This document shows, piece after piece, positions 39,040 to 50,744 of a stretch of 64,000 nt of DNA. Source of the stretch: Octopus sinensis. Its lineage: Eukaryota. Where the stretch lies: contig NC_043005.1 in NCBI RefSeq assembly GCF_006345805.1, positions 35,340,001 to 35,404,000 on the forward strand, written 5' to 3'. Position numbers and translations under genes: made by a program. The notes beneath the pieces were generated by a model. The model did not search any database and was not told the DNA's origin. It saw only the letters and a program-made list of their open reading frames with translations. Positions within the stretch are counted from its first letter, which is position 1. Each line of letters starts with the position of its first letter.

Positions 39040-39300
39040 ATATTTCTGAGATATCTAAAGTTTTAGTATTATTAAGACGAGCAGCACGAAGAGGCGATAG
39101 CCAGAAGAGGTGACTGTATGCAGGGTATTCCAGCAACTCGAAACCTAATCTTTTAAAGGTTTCATCGGTGTGGGCGGCCGTATGTAGGCATGCGTTGTCG
39201 TGAAACAATGACATGATTTGACCAAAGGCTTTTGGTGCGAATTGCTGGTTTTAATTTGTTGGCTAGCAATTCGCTGCAACCTACACTAGCGACTGTAAAC
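39040..39300 (-). mobile_element. Mariner transposase C-terminal remnant
   Basis: LFHDNACLHTAAHT..TFKRLGFELLEYPAYS matches the mariner HDNARPH..LGWEVL.HPPYSPDL motifs. Confidence 0.8.
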
Positions 39301-40255
39301 CCCTGCAAGTTCTTGTAGCCAAAGGACTTATACTTATGCAAAATAAAGTAGAAAACAGTATTGGCCTCTGTGATTTGTATAATTTATAGAAACATGAGCT
39401 CAGAGAAGTAACTCGGAGAGGTCAGTGGCATGTATTTAAATAACATAGACATGCGCGCACACACACTCACGCGCACACACGCGTACACACACACGCACAC
39501 ACACACACACTCACACACACATACACACATACGGTGATTGCTCCAACTTCACAGATGATTACAGTCACCTTGTGCTTCCTCGATGTCAATGGCATTTCTG
39601 ACTTTCCACCCATAACCTCTCAGATGACTGCTCTGTTCCGCTGTAGACCAGCATGGTTTGAAGCATAGATGACAAACGAAAGTTACAACTTACTGCGCGC
39701 TTCCAATTGGTTAGGTCCGCACACGTCGCCAGTCTTCTATCACCATAGGACTTTACCATAAAAAGACATCTGTACATCATTAGATTACTGTAATAAACTC
39801 CTCTGTGATTAGTACCCAGTGACAAGCCTACGCGAGATGACCAGTAGGCACATGAAACCCCAGTGACCCCTTTCTAGAAGAACGGTTTTACTGTGTACCC
39901 TAACACCAACCAAGTGTATTTCTGCACCCTCAGAGATAGATAGATTGACATCACATATGCAAGTTAACTCATAGGTGGGACTCTTCGGGTTTTCTACTCT
40001 GGGTCAGCGTAGAGCTGAGAAAAATAGGGACTAAGAGGTTGTTCCACACTCTTCAAAACCCTGGAACTACCAAACCAGAGCCCCACTACCGGATGCACTT
40101 TGATGTCAAACCCAGGACACACATACACATACACACACACACGCACGCACGCACACACATGTTCACATGCATATATGTACATACACATACATATATACAT
40201 ACACATATACATATCTATCTATATATATATATACACACACGTATGCATATACATG

Positions 40256-40288
<33 letters not shown>

Positions 40289-40343
40289 AGAGAGAGAGAG
40301 AGGAGAGAGAGAGAGATAGCTATATAGATAGATAGATAGATAT

Positions 40344-40420
<77 letters not shown>

Positions 40421-40614
40421 GGAGAAAAGGTTGAGTTCTATTTCATCCTTTACTTTGGGGGTTCCAAAGTTAGATTTTTTAATGCAGATTCTTCATATTA
40501 AATTGATAGCTTACAAATATAAGTATTGTTTTAAAATATGAAAATCTTACAAGTATAAGGTATGTTATGAACATTTAAAGAACACGTATCCCATATAAAC
40601 TCATTTTAATCTAT

Positions 40615-40732
40615 GCATACGATCGTTTCGAATGGTAATATTAACATGTAAGAAACATGGAAAAAATTAAAAATTAATTTAATTATAATAATAATAATTA
40701 CATTAATTACATATTACTGTTCTCCTCAGTGC
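40615..40732 (-). ncRNA. Type I hammerhead ribozyme with long stem II
   Basis: GCA-CTGAGGA-GAACAGTAATAT...ATATTACCATTC-GAAA-CGATCG-TA-TGC; perfect palindromic ACGATCGT stem III. Confidence 0.75.
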
Positions 40733-40770
40733 GAAAAAAGACTACATCAAAAAGAATATATCAGAGGAAT

Positions 40771-40871
40771 ATTATATTGTTACAGAAGACTAGCTTGAGT
40801 GAGTGTCATAGAATATCCGAATATTTTATATGACACTCACTCCATCTAGTCTTCTGTAACAATATTATAAT
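40771..40871. repeat. ~100-nt foldback hairpin
   Basis: ATATTGTTACAGAAGACTAG..GAGTGAGTGTCATA versus TATGACACTCACTC..CTAGTCTTCTGTAACAATAT. Confidence 0.85.
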
Positions 40872-40878
40872 ATATATA

Positions 40879-40930
<52 letters not shown>

Positions 40931-40958
40931 ACCAAAGCAACAAGAATGGATCGGTAGT

Positions 40959-41040
40959 TTAGTACAATTGTTTCATACTATAACAATTATTAAAGCTGCA
41001 AATATTACAGCAAATATAATGTTAAGTAATCTTCAGCTAA
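40959..41040 (-). ncRNA. Type I hammerhead ribozyme in the PLE 3' repeat
   Basis: TTAG-CTGAAGA-T-TAC..GCTGTAA TAT TTGCAGC..GTA-T-GAAA-CAATTG-TA-CTAA; palindromic ACAATTGT stem III. Confidence 0.8.
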
Positions 41041-41954
41041 TTTCATACATGTTTTCCAAACATCTTAGAGAGTGTAAATATACTTATAAAGTTATAGATG
41101 TGAGCTCCAGGAACTTGAAGCAAGATTCCAAGCAGACCATATATGCTTTCCAACAATACAAAGTTCTTAAATTAATTAGTGACATCCCTGAGAAGGTAAA
41201 TATACTCATAAAGATATGGATATAAATTTCAGGAAACATGAAGAAAGATGCCAATCAGACCACGATTAAGTTCGCATCTAACTGTTGCAAACAAATTTCT
41301 ATAGTAATAGGAATGATAGCGGGGTAGGTCAAGGAAGCTGACTAGCTAGAGAAAAGAACAGAAGGAGAAAAAATATGTATGGGGGTGTAAAAGAAACAAA
41401 GATACTAAAAAGGAAGGTCAGTCTATTTCTATGGTGACAGAGAATCTAGGTCAGTGTGGAAAGAATCTTAAATTCTTATGAGAACTGTAAGGTTGACCAC
41501 CCCTAGCTTTCAACTGAAAACCATCAGAATTAATAGTGGGAGTTAAAATAAAGGGAAGATCAAAGGAAAACACTAAAGGGGTTATAGGTTATCGGTAGAG
41601 AAAGATACAGTAAGAAAATTAAGGTTAACACTAGAATAGAAGGCTATCTATTTATTTTTGTTTATATTTTAACTTTTATTTTTATATGGTAAGAAAGAAT
41701 TTAGGTCAACATCTAGAGGTCAATTAAAATCAATAGCAAATGGTAGGGGAACTGTACCTATTCAAATTTATAGTGAAAATCAAATGTATAACTAAGGGAA
41801 TAGTATTACATGTTAAATTTAGAATAGAATTAGGAAAATTAGCAATTTTTTGATTTAAGTAAGGTTAATTAAGTTGACTATAAAGTCAATTAAAAATTTG
41901 CATAGTACATTTACAATAGTAAGAAAGAACAGCAATAGGAGAACCTACAAATTT

Positions 41955-42881
41955 CTATTTAAAATATTTTAAAGCTTTGATTTTTGAATGAATACAAGAC
42001 CGACCCAACTCTATACGATTATTTTGTAGATTTTTATTTTTTCTATACTTTAAAATTTCATAGGTCTCCATAGAACAGAGTTGACAGCCCACCTTATTAT
42101 TTCTAAAAGGTATTGCCCTTCTAACTATTTCCCATTTTAGGTTATATTTAATATTATTAGTTTTGAGTTCCCAAATTTTACTGGAAAGTGTAGTGCAACC
42201 TGCTTTATGATCTAATCGGAAAGAGGAAAGATGATTGTTAATTCTCTGTTTAAAATTAATAGTACAACCTAAGTAAAAAAAGTTACTATTAGAAGTTGTT
42301 ATAGTACATTTATAGATTACATTTTGGACTGAACAACGACCAGATGCTGGACAATTTGACCTAATCCTACAATTGCAACTAGGGGGATAATTTTCAGATT
42401 TAGAATTATTTAAGGACAGATCTCTCTCATTGCTGCTATTCAAATTATTATGAATATTATTTTCATTATTATAGGTAATATTGTTATCCAAAGTGGGGTT
42501 ATTATTTATTGATCCATTTACACTATCATTTAGATCCACCATAACAATATCTCTATTACCTACATTATTGATATTGCTATTATTATTATTTATATTTATA
42601 TCCAAGTAATTATTACTGCTATAGATATAATTGTTATCATTATTTTCGGTATTATTTCTATTTATATTATCCTTATTTTTATCATTATAATTATTTCTAT
42701 TAATATTACTGATATTATTGTTGTTGATGTTGCTCTCATTTTGATAATAATAATAATAATAATTATTATTATTTTTGATACTATTATTACAATTATTATT
42801 GGTATTCATGTTGATACTAATCTTACTACTCCTGGCTAACTTAATGTTTTTACTATTAATTCTAGCTATTATAGTGGACAT
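41955..42881 (-). pseudogene. PLE polyprotein C-terminus: Asn-rich linker + Cys motif + GIY-YIG endonuclease
   Basis: CNCRIRSNCPASGRC..NVIYKC....FYLGCTINFKQRINNH..SF..T.LSSKIWELK. Confidence 0.85.
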
Positions 42882-43689
42882 ATTTGGGAGGGTTGAATAA
42901 GAAATCCTAACTGTTCTCTTAGAAATTATTGTATGATATTTATGAGAGGTTGGAAATTTTTTTCTAGTATAGATTTGAATCTACTGTATATATTCGATAA
43001 AATCGCGCTGTTGAAAGGAATATTTAGCCAGATGATATTTTCTTTTTTATATTTTCTTAAATTAGAGTTAGGGCGAGATGTATTATTACTGTTCTCACGA
43101 GAGTTATTATTCGTATTACTTTTATTTGTATGTTTTTTTAGATTTATCTAGATTAGTTTTTTCAAAGTTACTTATGCACTGGTCAATATTTTTATTCCTA
43201 TGATTTGGTTTGTACACTAGATTTTTCGTCACCATAAATCTATTTTTATATCGGGCACTATCGTTATTCTTGTTTACGTAGTTAATATTCTCTTGTTAGG
43301 AAGATACAAACTCTTCTTATCCTGCTTTAGATAATGCGGTATTATAATGTTTAGAGTGAGAGTTGAATATATCACTATTAGATGACAGTTTGGAAATTCT
43401 TAGGGAAATATTTCTAACTAAAGATTTTATTATATTAGGGGGATGATTAGATAATTTATTTACGTATCTAGTGATTTCACCTTCCTTTCTAAATGGGTAA
43501 TGTTGCTTAGAGTTAAGAACTTATTAATTTTCTTTTTAATCCTTTCAATGCTTGAGTTACTATTGCTAGGAACAGCAAACAGAGCATCATCCCTATATAG
43601 ACCACCTAATTCAGGGATTTCTTTTTTTATACACCTTAAGAAATAAGTATATTTACACTCTCTAAGATGTTTGGAAAACCTATATGAAA

Positions 43690-43772
43690 TTAGCTGAAGA
43701 TTACTTAACATTATATTTGCTGCAATATTTGCAGCTTTAATAAATTGTTATACTATGAAACAATTGTACTAA
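43690..43772 (+). ncRNA. Type I hammerhead ribozyme in the inverted 5' repeat (antisense to the PLE ORF)
   Basis: Inverted copy of 40959-41040; predicted cleavage after A43768; one stem II pair broken. Confidence 0.75.
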
Positions 43773-43907
43773 ACTACCGATCCATTCTTGTTGCTTATTT
43801 TTGGGTTATAATCACCCCACATAATTTTATGGGTAATACCATAAAAACATTCTGTGCATCTAAGTTAAGTACCATATTCATTTGAATCTAAATTTGTTTG
43901 CTGAAAT

Positions 43908-43939
<32 letters not shown>

Positions 43940-43985
43940 ATATAATATATATAATATAATATATATATATATGTATATATAATAT

Positions 43986-44027
<42 letters not shown>

Positions 44028-44092
44028 CATATATATAAAACATATGCATACATACATATATGTACATACCTACATCTATATGTATATATACA

Positions 44093-44157
<65 letters not shown>

Positions 44158-44280
44158 GAGTACAGGACACCACAAATAAACGTAGACATAACGAGAAACG
44201 AAAACATGAAATCAGACAAGGAAACGGACCTTTTTAACAACGAAAAAACAGAGTACAAGACAAACAATACAAGGAATATT

Positions 44281-44342
44281 CCCCTTCATCAGCTGCCCCT
44301 GGTTCGACTCAATGCGTGTTTCGAAGGTAAGGGCAGAACACG
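44281..44342 (-). ncRNA. Candidate non-circularly permuted hammerhead ribozyme
   Basis: CGTGT-T-CTGCCCTT-A-CCTTC-GAAA-CACG-[14 nt]-AGGGGCAG-CTGATGA-AGGGG; stems I (8 bp) and III (5 bp) in exact register. Confidence 0.55.
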
Positions 44343-44768
44343 ATCCAGCCGAAGCAATCCTTCCTGCAAAATGAATTAAATAAAATTCTTTTGCAGAGGG
44401 GTAACAAAAAAAAGACAAGAACAGGACGTAAAAGCAATACAAATAAATAAAAATACAGTACACATAAAGAATAAAAACAGGACAAGGAAATCAACAATAA
44501 GGGCTTTTTTAAGCCTAGACGGTGGAAAAATTCGTTGGAACGCAATTCAGAAGATCGACATGCATGTATATATACATATAGATGTATGTATGTACATATA
44601 TGTATGTATGTATGTATGCATATGTTTTATTTGTTAAATTGTTATTATATGATTGAACGCCTCGCGTCACTTTCTTATTTCCCTAAGTAAGATTTTATTA
44701 TATATATATACACACACACACACACATACAACACACACACACACACTACACACACAACATATATATAA

Positions 44769-44814
<46 letters not shown>

Positions 44815-44896
44815 TTCACACATACGCGCGCCGCACATGCACACACACATGTACACTAACATACACACACGTATATGTATATACGTATGTAAATAC

Positions 44897-44952
<56 letters not shown>

Positions 44953-44972
44953 TATATATATATATATATATA

Positions 44973-45003
<31 letters not shown>

Positions 45004-45305
45004 CACACATGTATACAAACAAACGCATGTACATATACGCGCGCGCTGGCACAAGTATACGGTGTGCGACAAAAATCTTCCCCAGTACGTTTCAACATAA
45101 ACGTCTCCAGAGCAAACTCAGGGAGTGCACTGAACCAACCTTCCTGGTATTTAGAAAAATAATAAAAAGCAACAACAAAAAACCAACAAAACAAACGATA
45201 GAACATTATCTGCCAAACCTCACAAGCGCTATAGTAATAGCCGAGTAAAAGGAAAATGAGAGCATTCTCTTTTGCAGTCTGTCTATGTGTGCATGGTAGA
45301 TATAA

Positions 45306-45339
<34 letters not shown>

Positions 45340-45504
45340 CTACTGATCCGTCATAGAATATGCAACAAAAAAAGTACTTCATCTTATGAGTATATATATA
45401 TAGATAATATATGTTATTTATATATATATATATATATATAAATAATATATATAGATATATGCATATATATATATATATGTATATATATGTATGTAATATG
45501 TATG

Positions 45505-45564
<60 letters not shown>

Positions 45565-45611
45565 CGCACATACGTACATATACATATTTACGCATATATT
45601 ATTATTATTAT

Positions 45612-45661
<50 letters not shown>

Positions 45662-45789
45662 TATATTTAGAATATGAGGAGTTTAGTTCACTTGCGAAAT
45701 ACACGAATTGGCACGCTAGGTAAGTGGTATAGTTTTTTCACCGTCAGGTTCCGTCATTTACAATAATCTAGGGTATGGTGAATTTGGAT

Positions 45790-45863
45790 TCTTACTGTCG
45801 TTTCTGGGATAACCCAAGTAGTTGGTTAACATATCCGTGCACTCGGTAATCCGTCATCAGAGA
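45790..45863 (-). ncRNA. Type I hammerhead-like motif with branched stem II
   Basis: TCT-CTGATGA-C-GGAT...ATCC-CA-GAAA-CGACAG-TA-AGA. Confidence 0.45.
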
Positions 45864-46503
45864 CAAGGTATGAATATTTTAGACGGGGAAAATTTACAGT
45901 TTACAAGGAATGAAATTCACAGTTTATAAGAAATAAGATAGAAGAATAAAAGAGGAAAATAGAAGATAAAGAGTAAAAGTAGTTAGAAGAATATAAGCAG
46001 GAAAATAATGTTCACAACTGATATCTTATATATACATACATACACAAACATTCAGACACAATCCCTGTTTGTCTGTCTATCAGTCTGTCTCTCTCTCCCC
46101 CTTTCTCTCTCACTCCTCCCATTGCGCACACACACGCGCACACAACTACGCACCCACACATTTTGGCGTGGAAAAACTCGATGTAGATGTTAGTGAGAAG
46201 CCTACGCTCAACTCGACCGTCACCATCCCAATACAGCGCTTCATTGGACTACTATTTTTTTTTAAGGTGTAGTTGCGATTTTAAGGAAGATCCCACAGCT
46301 ATTTCTAGAACGTCGTCTCACGGTGCAGAAGCTGGTTGTTTGATTGGCTCATAAGAGACAAACGGTTGAGAATTTGGCACGGTTTGCAATTAAGCTAATA
46401 GTCATAGAATAAAGTGGATTTTACCGAGTAGCATAACATATAAAAGAATGGTTGACTTATATATATATAAACACATACATACATACATACATACATATAT
46501 ACA

Positions 46504-46555
<52 letters not shown>

Positions 46556-46601
46556 AACACATACATACATTCATATATATATATATATATGTATAAACAC
46601 A

Positions 46602-46665
<64 letters not shown>

Positions 46666-46669
46666 CACA

Positions 46670-47325
46670 CTAGCTGATGTATTCGGTAATTCCTGGGAAA
46701 GCGGTGCTTACCCCTTGGTTCCGTTCTCATAATTGTTTCGCTAATCCAATAACCACCATGAAAAGTATGTAGCCCTTAAAACGGTTTTTGTGCATTTACA
46801 GAGAATACCGAACTGTGTTACACAGTATCTTGCATTTAGGAATTCGCAATAAGTTATGAATACCCAAATTAGTTAGGGTTTTAATGCGTTCCCAGAGCAT
46901 CTAGAACACAGGAGGAAATACTAGTAAAGTATGTATACTAAAATCGTGAAGCATGTTACGTAATAACAGGCTAATCAGATACGAGATAACAGTTCAAAGT
47001 AAATAACTCTGAAAAGGGCTTTTGTGCGTTCCCAGAGTATATTACCCTCAGGTAATAGTGTTGGTATATATGTTGGTATATTTCATTTTAACCAAATAAT
47101 TTAGGAAAAGGAATGGGTTATTTCCCTTGGCTATATATAAGGATCCCTTCCATGGGCCCAGTTATCGATTATTTCAGCAATCTGAGTATACCATGAGGTT
47201 TCCAGACATGAGTTCTGCTAAAGTGTCAAGTTTCATCAAAATCAATGAAACGATCTATGAGGACTTAGCTAACAACTCCACAAACACACCTACAGACAGA
47301 ATTTCCCACATATGTAGTATATACA
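46670..47325 (-). mobile_element. Non-autonomous Helitron
   Basis: Plus strand begins ACTAGCTG (3' CTAG|T end on minus); AAGTTTCATCAAAATC and ACAGACAGA motifs near the other end. Confidence 0.55.
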
Positions 47326-47398
47326 CAGTTATGGTGATGCAAATAGGAAAATGGAACTCAGAATATAAGTATATGTATATTTTTATTAATATTTAACA

Positions 47399-47506
47399 GA
47401 AGTAACGGAGTGACTCAAGGTCCGAGTTTCGTGGGTTGGCACTTATAAATAGTTTGATAAGTATCAACGCACGAAACTCTGGGACCTAGAGTCACTCTGT
47501 TATTTC
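47399..47506. repeat. ~50-bp-arm foldback hairpin
   Basis: 47399-47446 versus 47457-47506, 10-nt loop. Confidence 0.8.
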
Positions 47507-47529
47507 AGCTAAATGTTAATAAAACATAT

Positions 47530-47601
<72 letters not shown>

Positions 47602-47650
47602 TTTGTGGTGTGTGTGTGTATATATGCATATATAAATGTATATATACATG

Positions 47651-48512
47651 CATGGTTTGATCAATAAGTAACCGGACTCTTGCCACACTAACGAAGCTAA
47701 AGCACTCAGAGTAAAGTCGCTTTGCACAAATTGACCTTGAACTCTGCTGTGCATGCGCACTAAGTTTTAACGTTCTAACTTACTTCCGCTGTTTATAGCA
47801 GTGCATGGAAGGAAGGTGTGTAGCGTGTGATCGTTGCATTAATCATCACAGGGAAAGTTTAGCAGAGAAACTGTAACAAATTTTGCTAAAAGCTTCACGA
47901 TACCTGCTCAGAGGTAGGCAAAGTTTTCAAGAGGCTTTCATCGTTCTCGGCGCAATCAAGTAGATATTGTACAACTGAAACCCGAGTGTCAATTTGGTCA
48001 GCTGAAAGCAGTTTTAGCACAAACTTGGCAGACGTTGTCTCATACCCAAATCTTCAGTGATAATGTACTGAACTGAACCGTAACTAATCTGAAAATCATC
48101 GCGGATGGTGATTCGGTGATTTCCACTCACAGCTGAACGCACATCTGTGATGTTTTTCTCAGTTCTGCTGGTTGTGTGTCTCAGAACGTTCGTCAATATC
48201 GATATTTGTTCGGCCATCCTGGAAACGTCTGAACGACTCGCACACTTGTGTGCGGGTCATACACTGCTCTCTATACACTTTCTATAACTTTGCATTGGCC
48301 CCTGAGCAGGTATCGCCATGACAACTTTCTCTGTCATGTTAATGTGACGATTACGCTCTACACACCTTCCTTCCAAGCACTGCAGTAAACAGGGAAAATG
48401 AGTAAGAACTTTAAAGCAAAATTCCAGGTCAAGCTTTGCCAAGCAGCTTCACTTTGTATGCTTTAGCTTCGTTTGTATGGCAACAATCCGGATACTTATT
48501 GATCAAACCTCG
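47651..48512. mobile_element. Mariner derivative built from two inverted 5' halves
   Basis: ~90-bp TIRs (CGAGGTTTGATCAATAAGTATCCGGA..). Transposase N-terminus (TEKV.QR.C.KF) reads inward from both ends; the minus half reaches ISYGSVQYIITEDLGMR. Confidence 0.75.
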
Positions 48513-48528
48513 TATATATATATGTATA

Positions 48529-48571
<43 letters not shown>

Positions 48572-48975
48572 ATATGTATATATATATATGTATATATATG
48601 TATATATATATGTATATATAAAGGCACACATACACACATCTACTCACACACAAACATATATTCATGTATGTATGTGTGTATGTGTGCATTTATGTGTGTT
48701 TTCCATACTGGAATTTTTCCAGGTGCACCTAGGCAAGCAGTAATACCTCACTCGGTGACATTAGTTGTGGGAACAACAAAACATACCGTAGGATCTTTGC
48801 CAATATCCGGTTAGCGAATAATCTTGGATTAAATACAATCAGATAGGCTTTACTGCAATCCAATGCGTGCGTGCGTGCGTGCGTGCGTGTGCGTGTCTAT
48901 GATAAATACACATACATATCTATTCAAAGGTATATATATGTTGTACGCACATATGTGGCTATGTGATAAGACATA

Positions 48976-49330
48976 GGCGCAGACGTGGCTGTGAGCCCAA
49001 TCATATGATTCCGGGTTCAGTCCCACTGCATGGCACCCGAGGAAATTGTCTTCTACTAAAGTCTCGGTCTGGCCAAAGTTTTTTCAGTGGATTTGGTAGA
49101 CGTATATATGTTTGCGCGCGCGCGTGTGTGTGTTTGCTGCACATCACCGCTTGACAACCGGTGTGGGGGATTTTATGTCCCTGTGTAAATTAGCCGTTCA
49201 GCGAAAGAATCCGATAGAATAAGTACCAGGCTTTAAAAACAATTTTGTGTCGAGTCATTCAACTAAATATTCTTTAGGGCGGCGCCCAGCATGGCTGCAG
49301 TCTAATGACGGAAACAAGTAAAAGATAAAA
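48976..49330 (+). mobile_element. tRNA-derived SINE family C (diverged)
   Basis: Similar to 30851. Confidence 0.75.
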
Positions 49331-49414
49331 GATATATATATGTGCGTACGTACGTACGTATGTATGTATGTATGTATGTATGTATGTATGTATGTATGTA
49401 TGTATGTATGTATG

Positions 49415-49445
<31 letters not shown>

Positions 49446-49961
49446 GTATCTATACATGTATGTATGTGTGTACGAATGTATGTGTGTACGTATATATGTA
49501 TGGATTGGTGTATACAAGTATTATATATGTATGTATGCATGCATGTATGTATGTGTGTACGTATGTATATATGGATTGGTGCATACAAGTAGTATGTATG
49601 TATGTATGTATGTATGTATGTATGTATGTATGTATGTGCATATTTGTCACCGCATCGGATAAAATATCATGTGGCGTTTGTTCCGTCTCCCTAAACACTG
49701 TGTTCAAATCACACCAGGGTTAGCTTTTACTTCCAACCTTTCGGGGTCGATTAGTGCACTACTAGCCAAGTACTGGCGCAGCCCTCTCTCCACTTCCTCA
49801 CCTGTTATATCGTGGATGTACCCTCGGAGTGGAAGAGGGGACAAGTTGAGTGTGTATGTGAATGTTTGACCGCAACTACCTGGACATCCCAAACAATGAG
49901 GAAATGCATATTACATGCTGATATACATACATAACAACGATAATATATACATAACACCATA

Positions 49962-50415
49962 CCTATTTCTTTACAACCCACAAGGGGCTAAACACAGAGG
50001 GTACAAACAAGGACAGACAAACGGATTAAGTCGATTACATCGACCCCAGTGCGTAATTGGTACTTATTTAATCGACCCCGAAAGGATGAAAGGCAAAGTG
50101 GACCTCGGCGGAATTTGAACTCAGAACGTAATGGCAGACGAAATACGGCTACGCATTTCGCCCGGCCGTGCTAACGTTTTTTATTTCTTTACTACTCACA
50201 AGGGGCTAAACATAGAGGGGACAAACAAGGACAGACAAACGGATTACGTCGATTACATCGACCCCAGTGCGTAACTGGTACTTATTTAATCGAACCCGAA
50301 AGGATGAAAGGCAAAGTCGACCTCGGCGGAATTTGAACTCACAACGTAACGGCAGACGAAATACGGCTACGCATTTCGCCCGACGTGCTAACGTTTCTGC
50401 CAGATCACCGCCTTA
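49962..50415 (-). mobile_element. Two head-to-tail SINE family M copies (about 49962-50178 and 50180-50415)
   Basis: Duplicated CACAAGGGGCTAAAC...GCTAACGTTT units. Confidence 0.85.
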
Positions 50416-50699
50416 TGTAACACCATACCTATACCTCCCCCACCTCTAATTTTCTGTGTCTTTTGTACTCTGTGTAAGTTTGCTTTGTTAATATATACAT
50501 ATCTGTATATTTATACATGAATATTCATCAACTGAAAATCTTTAGTCTTTGCTTTCTCTCTATTTACAGCTACGCATGTATTTTGCATACCAGACCGGTT
50601 TGATTTGTTTAGTTGTATTATTGTCTCCATACGTGTGTGTTAGAGCCTCTGTGTGTATATATATATATGTGCGTGCGTGCGTGTGTGTGTGTGTGTATG

Positions 50700-50744
<45 letters not shown>

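Larger units (their letters stand above)
40935..43796 (-). mobile_element. 5'-truncated Penelope-like retroelement with ~154-bp inverted terminal repeats
   Basis: RT GLYRDD, SNHPPNIIK and ISYSTLPNM motifs, then GIY-YIG. 40935-41087 is the reverse complement of 43643-43796. Confidence 0.9.

Noticed and set aside
44286-44322. Reading the 44.3-kb motif as an ordinary type II hammerhead (GAAAC...GUC...CUGAUGA)
   Set aside because: No stem I can form after that GUC; the permuted reading gives much better pairing.
45077-45113. Minus-strand CTGGAGA...GAAACGTA motif
   Set aside because: A6 altered and no stem I in register; at best a heavily decayed remnant.
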